From: a virus
Strand: one strand, 5' to 3'
Virus record (IMG/VR): IMGVR_UViG_3300020190_000010
Span: 73,493 to 137,492 of that record
Length of the DNA stretch: 64,000 bases
How positions within the stretch are numbered: position 1 is the first letter of the stretch; every line of letters begins with the position of its first letter. Both the position numbers and the translations under genes were made by a program. Shown here one piece after another: positions 26,663-38,200 of the stretch. A model generated the notes under the pieces. That model was given only the letters and a program-made list of their open reading frames with translations, did not search any database and was not told the origin of the DNA.

Positions 26663-29101
26663 GTGGCTAATGAAAGAATTGTAAGTCCTGGAGTGTTTAC
26701 TAATGAAAATGATCTATCATTCCTTCAACAGGGGATTGGTCAAATTGGTGCTGCTCTTATAGGACCAACGCTCAAGGGACCTGCATTTGTCCCTACCGTA
26801 GTTCAAGGATATGGAGAATTTTTAACAAAATTTGGTGGAACATTTGAGCAATCATATCTTCCATACACAGCAAAAAACTATTTGAATAATGCAGGTAGTG
26901 CAACCATAGTTAGAGTTATGGGCACAGGCGGTTATTCATTGAAACATCCAATTGCACTTGTTGCAACTGGATCATGGGGTAAGAAATTGATTTCTTTCTT
27001 ACATCCTACATTTGTTGTTACAAGTGGTGACTCAACATCATTGTTTGCTGATTCCACTATCACTGCAAATGCAAGTGGTAGTTTTGTAATAACTGTTGCT
27101 GGTGACTTTACAACAGATGTTTCATTCTTTACAAATGCAACAAATGAAGATGGTGTGCCTTTTAGTTCATCTATCAATCCTGAAAATACTTCATATATCG
27201 GCGATTTATATGGGTATAACCCGTATGGAACACATGCAGTTTACAATTATGTTAATTTTAGACAACAGGCATCTGCATCTATTGCTGCTGATCCCCTAAC
27301 AACTGTATTGATTGAAACTGGATCAAGTGGTGCACCTTGGGACTTTTTGCAAGATTATTTAGAAGCATCTACACCTTGGGTGACATCACAAAAAGTTGGT
27401 GCAAGTGCATCAGACTTGTTCCGATTCCACACTCTTTCTCATGGTGTTCATTCAAACTATGAAATAAAGGTTGGTATTGCAAACATTCGTCCTGCTGGTT
27501 CGATTGCTGGTTCTGAATATGGTGATTTTGATGTTGTTGTTAGATATGTTGATCAATCTAAATTACCACAAACTCCATTCAATTACGAAGACGAGGATAT
27601 TCGTCCTTCTGTTATTGAAACATTTAAGTGTAATCTTGATTCAAATTCACCAAAATATATTGCTAGAGTTATCGGTGATAGATACATAACAATCACAGAT
27701 GAAGGTAAAGTTGTTGTTAATGGTGACTATTCTAATAAATCAAAATATATTCGTGTTGAAACAACAGATGCAGTAACTAATGGTGGCGTTTCACCTAACC
27801 TAGTTCCATTTGGTTTCCGTGCTCTCATATCACCAATACCAAGTGCATTTACACAACCACCTTCTGCATCTTATGTAACAGACCAAACAATTGGCGGTGC
27901 TTACAATAGAAGAGTTTACTGGGGATTCGATTATGATTTCTCAAATACAGATAACTTTAACTATTTAAGACCATTGCCTATTTCTGATAATCAAACAACA
28001 GGATCTAATGAAGACTTCTACCTTGGCGATTATGAACAAAATGCGGGTGCAAGTTTCCCATCAAGTGCAACTGCTTATAGTTCATCAATTGATTTAACTA
28101 CAAATACTGCTCTTGATTCTCGTAAATTTATGTTGCCATTCCAAGGTGGATTTGACGGTAATAAGCCAAATATACAAAAGAAAACAGGAACATATATTGA
28201 AGCTGGAAACACACAAGGATTTGACATTTCAAATTCATCTGCTGACGGATATGTTGCTTACAAAAAGGCAATTGATGCCGTTTCTAATGCAGACGAATTT
28301 GATATTAACTTGATTGCTATGCCAGGTGTATTACACTCATTGCATTCTGCAATAACAACATATGGTATTGATATGTGTGAAAATCGTGGTGATGCTTTCT
28401 ATGTAATGGATTCAATTGGAATAAATGATAATATTGCAAGTGCAACATCCAATTCAGAAGGTCTTGACACAAATTATGCTGCTACATATTATCCTTGGGT
28501 TAAAATTATTGACTTCGATAAAAACAAACCTATTTGGGTTCCACCTTCTGTTGTTCTTCCTGGCGTTATTGCATTCAATGACCGTGTTGCCGCTGAATGG
28601 TTTGCGCCTGCTGGTCTTAATCGCGGTGGTTTGACAGAAGTTGTTGAAGTTAAAACCAGATTAACACAAGCTGAAAGAGATACATTATACGAGGCAAGAA
28701 TAAATCCTATTGCAGTATTTCCTGCAACAGGCGTTTGTGTATGGGGACAAAAAACACTTCAAGGTCGCCCATCTGCACTTGACCGTATCAATGTTCGCAG
28801 ACTCTTGATTGCTTCTAAAAAGTTTATTGCTTCTTCTACAAGATACCTTGTGTTTGAACAAAACACATCACAAACAAGAACTCGTTTCTTGAACATTGTG
28901 AACCCATATCTTGAATCAATCCAACAACGCCAAGGTCTATATGCCTTCCGTGTTATCATGGATGAAAGTAACAATACGCCGGATATTATTGACCGTAACA
29001 TTCTTTATGGACAATTATATCTACAACCTGCAAAGACTGCTGAATTTATCATTCTTGATTTCAACATTCAATCAACAGGTGCGGCATTTCCAGGTGCTTA
29101 A
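26663..29101 (+). CDS. gp18: Tail sheath protein (gp18-like)
   Basis: SPGVFTNE.D, GPAFVPT, YYPWV, WFAPAGLNRG, INPI, RINVRRL, AEFIILDF; GTG start with GGAG SD. Confidence 0.95.
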   Translation: MANERIVSPGVFTNENDLSFLQQGIGQIGAALIGPTLKGPAFVPTVVQGYGEFLTKFGGTFEQSYLPYTAKNYLNNAGSATIVRVMGTGGYSLKHPIALVATGSWGKKLISFLHPTFVVTSGDSTSLFADSTITANASGSFVITVAGDFTTDVSFFTNATNEDGVPFSSSINPENTSYIGDLYGYNPYGTHAVYNYVNFRQQASASIAADPLTTVLIETGSSGAPWDFLQDYLEASTPWVTSQKVGASASDLFRFHTLSHGVHSNYEIKVGIANIRPAGSIAGSEYGDFDVVVRYVDQSKLPQTPFNYEDEDIRPSVIETFKCNLDSNSPKYIARVIGDRYITITDEGKVVVNGDYSNKSKYIRVETTDAVTNGGVSPNLVPFGFRALISPIPSAFTQPPSASYVTDQTIGGAYNRRVYWGFDYDFSNTDNFNYLRPLPISDNQTTGSNEDFYLGDYEQNAGASFPSSATAYSSSIDLTTNTALDSRKFMLPFQGGFDGNKPNIQKKTGTYIEAGNTQGFDISNSSADGYVAYKKAIDAVSNADEFDINLIAMPGVLHSLHSAITTYGIDMCENRGDAFYVMDSIGINDNIASATSNSEGLDTNYAATYYPWVKIIDFDKNKPIWVPPSVVLPGVIAFNDRVAAEWFAPAGLNRGGLTEVVEVKTRLTQAERDTLYEARINPIAVFPATGVCVWGQKTLQGRPSALDRINVRRLLIASKKFIASSTRYLVFEQNTSQTRTRFLNIVNPYLESIQQRQGLYAFRVIMDESNNTPDIIDRNILYGQLYLQPAKTAEFIILDFNIQSTGAAFPGA

Positions 29102-29192
29102 TTGAATTAAATGGGGAGATGAAATACTCTTCCCAACATTTTTTGAAATGTGTATATTTATCTAAAAGAATAATTTTAATTTGGAGATATAA

Positions 29193-29681
29193 ATGGCTGA
29201 ATTACTTGATCCCACGGAAGTGTTTTTTACTCCGTTTGAGCCGAAATTACAAAATCGTTTTATTATGTATATTGAGGGAGTTCCGGCTTATTTGATAAAA
29301 GGTGCTGGTCGCCCAAATATCAGTTTTAATCCCATAACATTGGATCACATTAACATTAAAAGAAAAGTTAAAGGTAAGGGTGAATGGCAAGATGTTTCTA
29401 TTAAACTCTATGATCCAATTGTTCCATCAGCGGCACAGGCAGTTATGGAGTGGGTTCGTTTATCACATGAATCAGTAACAGGTCGTGATGGTTATTCTGA
29501 CTTTTACAAGAAAGACATAACATTTCATGTTCTTGGACCTGTTGGTGATAAGGTTGAAGAATGGACACTCAAAGGTGCTTTCATTACTGCAACTACATTC
29601 GGTGATATGGATTGGTCTTCTGATGCATTTGTTGAGATTTCTCTCACACTTGCATACGATTATGCTATCCTTCAATACTAA
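29193..29681 (+). CDS. gp19: Tail tube protein (gp19-like)
   Basis: FEPKLQNRF, W...I.LYDPI, YKKDI...LGPVG..VEEWTLKGAF; follows the sheath gene. Confidence 0.9.
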   Translation: MAELLDPTEVFFTPFEPKLQNRFIMYIEGVPAYLIKGAGRPNISFNPITLDHINIKRKVKGKGEWQDVSIKLYDPIVPSAAQAVMEWVRLSHESVTGRDGYSDFYKKDITFHVLGPVGDKVEEWTLKGAFITATTFGDMDWSSDAFVEISLTLAYDYAILQY

Positions 29682-29722
29682 TACAATTTGTATTATTATA
29701 TTAATGATGAAATAAAAAATAC

Positions 29723-29757
29723 GGGTATGCTGATTTTTTCGGTATACCCATATTTAT
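29723..29757 (+). terminator. Hairpin whose tail is an ATATTTAT motif
   Basis: GGGTATGCTGA...TCGGTATACCC followed by ATATTTAT at 29750-29757. Confidence 0.55.
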
Positions 29758-29805
29758 ATTAGTAAATTAGAATGTTTTATTACAAACAATGTTATAGGAT
29801 TAGTT

Positions 29806-30672
29806 ATGACAAAAATTCCAACTGGGTATGATTTACCCACAGAAGAAACAGTTTCAGATGCAGATATTAAAGCACAACTTCTTTCAGAACACAAACAAAC
29901 CGAAGTAAAGAAATCAAAATTTCCAACAGAAATTATACCTTTGCCTTCAAGAGGTTTATTGTATCACGAAGGGAATCCATTATCTAATGGTGTGATTGAA
30001 ATGAAATATATGACTGCTCGTGAAGAAGATATATTAACATCACAAAACTTGATTAAACAAGGTGTGGTGTTGGATAAGTTGTTTGAGTCTTTGATTGTTA
30101 CATCAATAGACTATAATGATTTATATGTTGGTGATAAAAATGCAATTATGGTTGCTGCGAGGATTTTAGGTTATGGTAAAGATTATGTAGTTGAAGTTGA
30201 AGATCCATTTTCTACTGGAACAAAACAAAAAGTAACAATAGATTTAACTGAAATCGAGCACAAGGAGGTCGATTATAGCTTATTTCAGTCTCGAAAAAAT
30301 GAATTTGACTATGAACTTCCAAATTCAAAAAGAGTTGTAACATTCCGTCTTATGACTCATAGGTTAGAAAAAGAAATTCAATCTGAAATTAAATCGATGA
30401 ATAAAAGTTTTGCTAGAACTGGAATTGATAAAGAATTAACAACAAGACTCAAACATCTCATTATTGCAGTTGATGGTGATTCTGGAAGAGCAAATATAAA
30501 TAATTTTGTTGATAACGAGCTTTTTGCGGCAGATTCGAGGGCATTAAGACAATATATCAAATCAATATCACCTGACCTTGATTTGACATATACATTTATT
30601 TCAGATGTAACTGGTGAGGTAAAGGAGTTAGACATCCCAATGGGAGTTTCATTTTTTTGGCCTGGGAATTGA
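29806..30672 (+). CDS. Tail assembly chaperone / baseplate hub assembly protein (G-like)
   Basis: LPSRG..Y, MTAREEDIL, GDKNAIMVAARILGYG, ending FFWP; lies between the tube and tape measure genes. Confidence 0.75.
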   Translation: MTKIPTGYDLPTEETVSDADIKAQLLSEHKQTEVKKSKFPTEIIPLPSRGLLYHEGNPLSNGVIEMKYMTAREEDILTSQNLIKQGVVLDKLFESLIVTSIDYNDLYVGDKNAIMVAARILGYGKDYVVEVEDPFSTGTKQKVTIDLTEIEHKEVDYSLFQSRKNEFDYELPNSKRVVTFRLMTHRLEKEIQSEIKSMNKSFARTGIDKELTTRLKHLIIAVDGDSGRANINNFVDNELFAADSRALRQYIKSISPDLDLTYTFISDVTGEVKELDIPMGVSFFWPGN

Positions 30673-30883
30673 GTATAAACTAGGTTTACATCAAGAAATT
30701 TTTAGTCTTTGCTATCACGGTCAAGGTGGGTTTACTTGGAATGAGGTATATGAAATGCCTATTCATCTTCGTAGATTTTATATTCAACAAATAACAAAAT
30801 TTGTTGAAGAACAAAATAATAAAATGAAAGAAACAAACCCATCTACAAATAAAGTCAATAGACCGGTATTTAGTCCGAAATAA
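30659..30883 (+). CDS. Frameshift extension (T-like segment) of the tail assembly chaperone
   Basis: +1 frame is open 30632-30883 and encodes GLGIEYKLGLHQEIFSLCYHGQGGFTWNEVYEMPIHLRRFYIQQI...; no ATG before 30755; T7 run at 30652-30658. Confidence 0.65.
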   Translation, partial: GLGIEYKLGLHQEIFSLCYHGQGGFTWNEVYEMPIHLRRFYIQQITKFVEEQNNKMKETNPSTNKVNRPVFSPK

Positions 30884-30885
30884 TC

Positions 30886-30922
30886 ATAGTTCGTATATTT
30901 ATGTATACGAACTATTTTTTTT
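30886..30922 (+). terminator. Perfect 12-bp hairpin with T tail containing an ATATTTAT motif
   Basis: ATAGTTCGTATA-tttatg-TATACGAACTAT followed by a T run. Confidence 0.7.
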
Positions 30923-30939
30923 AATTTTTCTTTGAATAA

Positions 30940-33900
30940 ATGGCAGATAAAGTAGACAAAAAAACCGCCGAAGAAATTAGCAATTTGCGAAAAATTGAGG
31001 CGGAAATTACAAAAGAACTCATCGCGTTACGAGAAAGATTAAAAATACTTTCATCGGAAGATGTTGTTAATTTGAAAGAAGCTTCACAAATTCAATTTCA
31101 GCTATTAGATTTAGAAAAACAAAAAAGGGGTATAACAAAAGAAATAGTAGATATTAACGGAAAAGTTTTAGAGTCTGATGAAAAGAGAGAAGAAATAAGT
31201 CAATCTATTCTTGATTTGCAAGAAGATTCACTTGATAGAACGCAAGAAATGCTCAAATCAAATAAACAACTTGAAAAAGAAGCCGAAAAAATAAAAATAC
31301 AACAAAGTGAAATTCTAAACATTGAAAAAGAATTAAATAGATATGAAGTAGAAATACAAAAAAATAAAGAGTCTGTTGAATCAAAGGGGAAAGAATTACT
31401 TAAAAATTCTTCTGCACAAATAAAACTAGAAGAATACATAAACAACACACTACAATCACGTCAAGATGCTTTAGCACAAGCCGCTACACAAAATGCATCA
31501 CAAAGATTAGAAAACCTCAAATTCATAAAATTGGATTATCAGACAAGTGTTTTGTTGTCCGAAGTCCAAGAAGACATGGCAGACGCTACTCAAGCAGCTG
31601 TAAAGGGTTCATATAAACAGTTAGATACAAAACGAGAAGAAATCGGTATCCGTAACATTGAAATGGACATAATGGATGCAACAGCAAAAAGGGATATGGA
31701 AGCTGTTAAATTTTATCAAAAACAAAAAGAAGGATTGGATGCAATTATTTCTGCTAAACAAGAATCCAATGCACTCAATGAGAAAGAAGCCACAAAACAA
31801 CAAGAAATAATAAAAAAAACACAAGAAATGAAAGAACTTGTTGATTCAACTGGTTTCAATAAAGTATTTGATGGGGTTGAAGGTTCTGTTAAAAAAATAC
31901 CAGGTGGCGGTGCATTAATAAAAACTCTAGGTTTTGATAAATTCAAAGAAAATATAACAAAAAATTTAGGTGGAGCTCTTACTAATGTAATGACTGGATT
32001 TCAAGCGGGCGGACTTGCTGGGTTTAAGGCATTAGGTCTTGCTGCTAAACAATTTGGCATGGCACTATTGGCGGGTCCTCAAGCTGTTATATTTGGTATT
32101 CTTGCTGCCGTTGGGTTGATAATTGCTGCATTTGCCGGTGTAGATAAAGAGGTTTCAGAAGTCCAAAAGTCCATGGGCGGAAATAAAAAAGAAGCAAGAG
32201 AAACCTATGAGCTTGCAAAAAAGATGTCTGGTGAAATGAAACTAACAGGATTAAATGCAGGCGAACTTGCTAAATCAATGGCTACTGTTAGTGAATCAAT
32301 GGGTGGATTAGATGTTGCTTCTATTGCAAAAGGAACTGGTGCAGCTAGTCAAAAAATGAAACAACTTGTTCAAGATACGGCAGTATTAACAGAAAAATTT
32401 GGTATGAGTGCAGAAGAGGTTGATAATATAAAAACATTGTCTGCAATTACTGGAAAATCTATTGGTGATTTAACAAATTCAACTGTTAAAATGGGCAAAG
32501 GTCTTATGACCGATAGAGCTGCAATGAAAGCACTTGCTTCCGTTCCAAAAGAAGTTGCTGTTGCATTTAAGGGTGGATCCGATGCATTGGTTAAAGCCGC
32601 TCAAAAGGCAAAATTACTTGGAACAGATTTGAAAAAAGTTCAAGAAATTGGTGATGGTTTATTAGATATAGAAACATCACTTGCTAAAGAAATGGAAGCC
32701 AGAGTATTAACCGGTAAAAATTTGAATTTGGATAAAGCTAGAGAATATGCATTAAGTGGTGAAATCGGTAAACTGCAAGATACGTTGTTGGAAGAAGCTG
32801 GATCATTACAAGAATTTACTGAAATGAATCGTATTCAACAAAAGTCAATGGCAGAGGCCATGGGTATGTCTGTTGAAGAAATGACTACTATGCTTACTAA
32901 GGCACAAGAGTTGAAAGATGTTGGGCTTTCTTCTGAAATGCTTGAACAAAAACATCTACAAAATGCAGAAGGATTGAGAAAAGAAGCTGAGGCACAATTA
33001 GCTCTTGGAAAAAAAGGTGCTGCTGATAAATTATTAGCACTGGCTGCTGAAAAAGATTCTGCAACTTTTGCAGAAAAACTCGGCGATGTAATGAAAAAAA
33101 TCCAGCAATCTGCTGAAAAATTGATAACACCGCTTGTTGATATGGTTCATGCAATGTTTGATGCCGAAAGTGGTGGATCTAGTTTAATTGATACATTTGA
33201 TGGTATTATGAGTGCAATTAAACCCGTATTTACTATATTGATTGGTATTGGTAAATTGATATTCAAGTCATTTATGTTTCCATTAAAACTTGTTTTTGCT
33301 TTGATACAACCTATAATAGATGCAATCCAAGAAGTATTTTCAGTAATGGACACAGGTGAAAAGTCAGGTGCAGGATTGTCTGCCATATTCGATGGTATCG
33401 GTAAAGTTATGGACTTTATTCAAGGAACAGTTATAGAAATAGGTAAGGGTTTAATAACTAGCTTAATAACTCCTGCTAAACTATTTTGGAAGGCAGTGAT
33501 AAGTCCTATTTGGGATGTTTTTAAGGGTATAAGTGAAACTATATCAAAGGCATTTACTCCATTACAGAGTGCAACTGAAACTGGTAGTAAGTTCGGTGGA
33601 ATTATGGATGGTGTTAAGGCATTGTTTGAAAGACTACAACCTGCAATCAATGCAATCGGTAAATATCTATTATCATTCATATTAAAACCAATAACACTAA
33701 TAACAGAAGGTATTGGTTTTGTAGTAAAATTATTTACAGGTGATTTCAAAGGTGCAGCTCAATCCGCAGGTAATTTATTGGTTGAATATTTTCTTGGTGT
33801 TCCGAAGAAAATTTTAGGAATGGTTACTGGTGTAATTGATGCATTATTCGGAACAAATTTGACTGCAGGACTTGATGAAGTATTTAAGTGGATAAAAGAA

Positions 33901-35196
33901 ACAGTTGGTAATATTATTTTTGGGGTGGGTGGTAAAATAATTGATTTTATTATGGCACCATTTAACATTTTGAAAGATTTATTTGGTGGAATAATAAAAA
34001 TGTTCACAGGTGATTTTGAAGGTGGCTTAAAGCAAATTGGAGATTCCATAATAGATAATGTTATTAACATATTTTTAGGAATACCTAAACTAATTTGGGG
34101 CAGTATTGCAACTGTAATTGATGCGGTTTTTGGAACAAAATTAACTGAACAAGTTGATGGATTTTTCAATAACATTACAGATGTTTTCAAAAAAATTGGT
34201 GGTTTCATAATGGACATAGGTGGTTCCATTTTGAAGTTCATAATGAGACCATTTGATTTAGCAAAAGGTTTGATAGACGGTATAATAAAAATGTTTACCG
34301 GTGATTTCAAAGGTGGAATAGAAACAATAGGTAAGGCAATTCTTGATTTCATAATGGCACCATTTAATTTAGTTCAAGACCTGTTTGACAAATTTACAGG
34401 TATGTTTTCCGGTTTGGGTGATACGATAAAAGATGCGGCAAAAGGAATGTTGGATTTTCTTCCAGATTCACTAAATCCATTTGCGGGCGGAGGAGATGAA
34501 GCCGCTAAGGGTGCAGAAGGTGAAAAGAAAATTGGTGCGGCGGCAACGGGTGGTACAATAACAAAGGGTGGTGCTACACTTGTTGGTGAAAAAGGACCAG
34601 AAGTTGTATCTCTACCACAGGGTTCAGTAGTTGCTAGTGCAAGTGCAACTAAACAGATTGGTTCAGCAATGGACTCGATGGGTGGTGCAACCACTGCCGC
34701 TGGTGGCACAGACTCACAACTTGCAGTTTTACAATCAATTGATGCGAAGATAGGTGCATTACTTGAACCTATACAAAAAGTTGGAGAAACCATAAGTTCA
34801 ATTGTTGGTAGTATATCTTCAATGGCAACATCATTGCCAGGAATAGGTGGTGTTGTTTCTGGTATATCATCTCTGTTTGGTGGCGGTGGTGGAGAAAAAT
34901 CAACACCTGCTGCTGTACAGGCAACATCGATTCCACAAAGTGCTGCATCACCTGCAACTGGAATGTCATCCTCGCCAATGGCAAATTCAGCTGCTACTGC
35001 TGGTAAAGAAGGAAAGGGTGGTCAAGATCCTGTTGTTGAAAAACTTGAAAAGTTAATCGGAATAATGTCTTCAATAACTTCGCAACCAACTATAATAAAA
35101 ATTGGTGATAAGACTGTTGAGGAAATTCAAAGTAAAATAGATGTAAGAAAAACTTACAATGTAGCAATAGATAATACTTATGGTCGTAGAGTATAA
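30940..35196 (+). CDS. Tape measure protein
   Basis: 1418 aa, helical, with repeated KxFTGDFxG units and a C-terminal GG.I..GG..LVGEKGPE motif; follows the chaperone gene. Confidence 0.85.
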   Translation: MADKVDKKTAEEISNLRKIEAEITKELIALRERLKILSSEDVVNLKEASQIQFQLLDLEKQKRGITKEIVDINGKVLESDEKREEISQSILDLQEDSLDRTQEMLKSNKQLEKEAEKIKIQQSEILNIEKELNRYEVEIQKNKESVESKGKELLKNSSAQIKLEEYINNTLQSRQDALAQAATQNASQRLENLKFIKLDYQTSVLLSEVQEDMADATQAAVKGSYKQLDTKREEIGIRNIEMDIMDATAKRDMEAVKFYQKQKEGLDAIISAKQESNALNEKEATKQQEIIKKTQEMKELVDSTGFNKVFDGVEGSVKKIPGGGALIKTLGFDKFKENITKNLGGALTNVMTGFQAGGLAGFKALGLAAKQFGMALLAGPQAVIFGILAAVGLIIAAFAGVDKEVSEVQKSMGGNKKEARETYELAKKMSGEMKLTGLNAGELAKSMATVSESMGGLDVASIAKGTGAASQKMKQLVQDTAVLTEKFGMSAEEVDNIKTLSAITGKSIGDLTNSTVKMGKGLMTDRAAMKALASVPKEVAVAFKGGSDALVKAAQKAKLLGTDLKKVQEIGDGLLDIETSLAKEMEARVLTGKNLNLDKAREYALSGEIGKLQDTLLEEAGSLQEFTEMNRIQQKSMAEAMGMSVEEMTTMLTKAQELKDVGLSSEMLEQKHLQNAEGLRKEAEAQLALGKKGAADKLLALAAEKDSATFAEKLGDVMKKIQQSAEKLITPLVDMVHAMFDAESGGSSLIDTFDGIMSAIKPVFTILIGIGKLIFKSFMFPLKLVFALIQPIIDAIQEVFSVMDTGEKSGAGLSAIFDGIGKVMDFIQGTVIEIGKGLITSLITPAKLFWKAVISPIWDVFKGISETISKAFTPLQSATETGSKFGGIMDGVKALFERLQPAINAIGKYLLSFILKPITLITEGIGFVVKLFTGDFKGAAQSAGNLLVEYFLGVPKKILGMVTGVIDALFGTNLTAGLDEVFKWIKETVGNIIFGVGGKIIDFIMAPFNILKDLFGGIIKMFTGDFEGGLKQIGDSIIDNVINIFLGIPKLIWGSIATVIDAVFGTKLTEQVDGFFNNITDVFKKIGGFIMDIGGSILKFIMRPFDLAKGLIDGIIKMFTGDFKGGIETIGKAILDFIMAPFNLVQDLFDKFTGMFSGLGDTIKDAAKGMLDFLPDSLNPFAGGGDEAAKGAEGEKKIGAAATGGTITKGGATLVGEKGPEVVSLPQGSVVASASATKQIGSAMDSMGGATTAAGGTDSQLAVLQSIDAKIGALLEPIQKVGETISSIVGSISSMATSLPGIGGVVSGISSLFGGGGGEKSTPAAVQATSIPQSAASPATGMSSSPMANSAATAGKEGKGGQDPVVEKLEKLIGIMSSITSQPTIIKIGDKTVEEIQSKIDVRKTYNVAIDNTYGRRV

Positions 35197-35241
35197 CAAT
35201 CTATCAATTTTTATATTTATAGTAAACAAATAGGAAAAGTA

Positions 35242-38200
35242 ATGCCATTGGTAGATTTAAGATCAGATTTATCCAAATTTCGTTCCGAAGTTTCACGCGA
35301 AGATAAAATAACTCCTGAGGCATCAAAAGCGAAAGACGGCAAAAATTTTGCAACATTACAACCAATAACTGATAAATTGGCTGAAATGTCACCTGATATT
35401 TCTGCACCTAAAACCCAAAGTGTATCATCATTGCTTAGTAAAACAAAATTTGATGATATAAAACCTTTCAAAACAAAATCATTAGAAAGTAGATTAAGTT
35501 CTACTAAACTTGATGATACAAAGGCATTTAATACATCTCCAATTGAAAATAGGTTAAGTTCAACAAAATTGGATGATACAAAGGCATTTAATACATCCCC
35601 AATTGAAAATAGGTTAGAAACAACAAAGTTAGATGATATTCGCACTTTCAAAACACAACCTATTGAGAATTATTTGGAAACCTCAAAGTTTGATGATATT
35701 ATTAAAAATGTTATAGAAAACGGTTTAGTAAATTCTGTATCAAAGTATTCTAGCATAAACAAGACATTCACAGACTTAAATTTTAGTAGAATATCCATTG
35801 AACAAATTGCATCAAAGTTTGGTGAAATTCGCCAGGAACAATTCGTCAGTATGTTGAATAAATCTGAAATTAAAATAGAAAAACAACAACATGGAACAAA
35901 TAATAATGATTCTAATGTCAATCCAGAAGATTCACAATTAACATCAGGATTGGAATTATCATCACCCGAATTAACAAAAAATCCTAATGATGCTTCGGAT
36001 AATATAGAAAATCCAAATATACAAATTCAAAGGAAACCTTTATCATTGGATAGGTCTGAACAAAGTCCGGAGTTATTGATAAATCCAGATGATGCATCGG
36101 ATAATATAGAAAATCCAAATGTTTTAATAATACGAAAACCTTTATTTGCAGACTTATCTGCACAATCTGTTGTAATAAATTCTGATTTGTTTTCACCGAT
36201 AAATAATGTTATCAATCCAAACATAGCATTAGAAAGAAATCCTTTATCAATAGATAGAACTGATCAAACTGTTGAAATACTCACGGAATTGCCAGTTGAT
36301 GGTTTTGTTACTATTCCAGATACAAAGATATTGAAAGTTGATTTGTCTTCAAAATTATTGGAAGATACAACATCTCTTAATTTTGATGATGAACCGTTGA
36401 GATATGTTCCAATATCAAGATTGATGGAAATGTCTCCATCACAAATTGTTGATACTATAAAATATGATTTACAATCAATACAACTTGAAGATAATACCAT
36501 TTACAATATAGATTCTATTCAAAAGACAAATCCATCTGGAAGAAATGAAGATCCATCAGTATCAAAATTTTCTGTAATTGGAACACAAGAAGTAAATTTC
36601 TTTCAGAATAATAATGTAGTTGGTTTTACAGCAAGACAACAAATAGGTGATAGTAAAATAATTGGATCTTCAATATATGGGTGGAATGGTAAAACTGCTG
36701 CTGCTCCAGCAGTTAGTTTTATGGTAGATGATAATGCAACTGGATTTACAACATTTGCTCAACCAAATGTTTCAGAGTATATTCCAAATTCTTCAAAGTT
36801 TAGTTTTGCAAATATACCACAAACAGATTTCTTTGATCAAAATTCAAAGTTTACAACTAGTGGTTTTACAACTTTTGCATTACAGTATGAGACAGAATAT
36901 AAACCAGATAGTTCTATATTTGCTTGGACTGGAAAATCTGATAGTGCTCCTGAAGTAGATTTCTTTGATATAAAAAAATTAAATACAACATCTGGATTTA
37001 ATAGATTTCCACAATTGTATGATACAAAATATATCATGGAATCTTCGGTTCACGATTGGGATGGAAATGGTGCAAGTTCTCCAGAAGTAAATTATTTTGA
37101 TATTACAAACAAATATACAACACTTGGATTCGGTAGACTTGCTCAATTGTATGATTCAAAATATATTGCAGATTCATCAGATTTTACTTGGAAAGGGGTA
37201 GTCACAAGTGCACCTGCTGTAAACTATTTTGATAGAGAGGGGCAAAATACTAATACTGGATTTCATACATTTGCTCAATTGTATGATTCAAAATATATTC
37301 CAGAAACTTCTATACATGATTGGGATGGGGATAGAGGATCAGCACCTGCAATAAATTATTTTGATTTGACATCACAAAATACAAATGCTGGTTTTCAAAC
37401 ATTTGCTCAATTGTATGATTCAAAATATATTCCAGAAACTTCTATCTATGATTGGGATGGAGACAGAACTACTGCACCTGCCGTAAACTATTTTGATTTA
37501 ACTACAAAAAATACAAATGTGGGTTTTCATATACTTGCACAATCATTGGAAACAAAATATATTCCAGATTCTTCAATATATGATTGGGATGGAACTAGAG
37601 ATAATGCACCAACTGTAAATTATTTTGATTTGACTGTAAAAAATACAACAGAGGGTTTTCACAAATTTTCTCAATTAGGTATAACCAAATATATTCCAGA
37701 GTCTTCAATATATGATTGGAATGGTGATAGAAGTCAGGCACCTGCTGTAAATTATTTAGATTTATTGAAACAACACACAACAGAAGGTTTTAATACATTT
37801 ACTCAATTTCAAATATCAAAATACATAAAGGATTCTTCTCAATTTAATTGGGATGGATTTAGATCAGATGCTCCTGCAATAAATTATTTTGATTTAACTG
37901 GAAAAAATACAACAGTTGGTTTTCATACTTTTGCACAAAAGTTTGATACAAAATACATAAAAGAATCTTCTGAATTTGATTGGGATGGATTTAGATTAGA
38001 TGCTCCTGCTGTAAACTATTTTGACCTAAATAGTAGACATTCCACCGTAGGTTTTCATACTTTTGCACAAAAGTTTGATACAAAATACATAAAAGAATCT
38101 TCTGAATTTGATTGGGATGGTGGAAGAAGTCAATCTCCAGAAGTTAATTATTTTGATTTGCCTGGTAAATTTACGACTATTGGATTCCATAGATTAGCTC

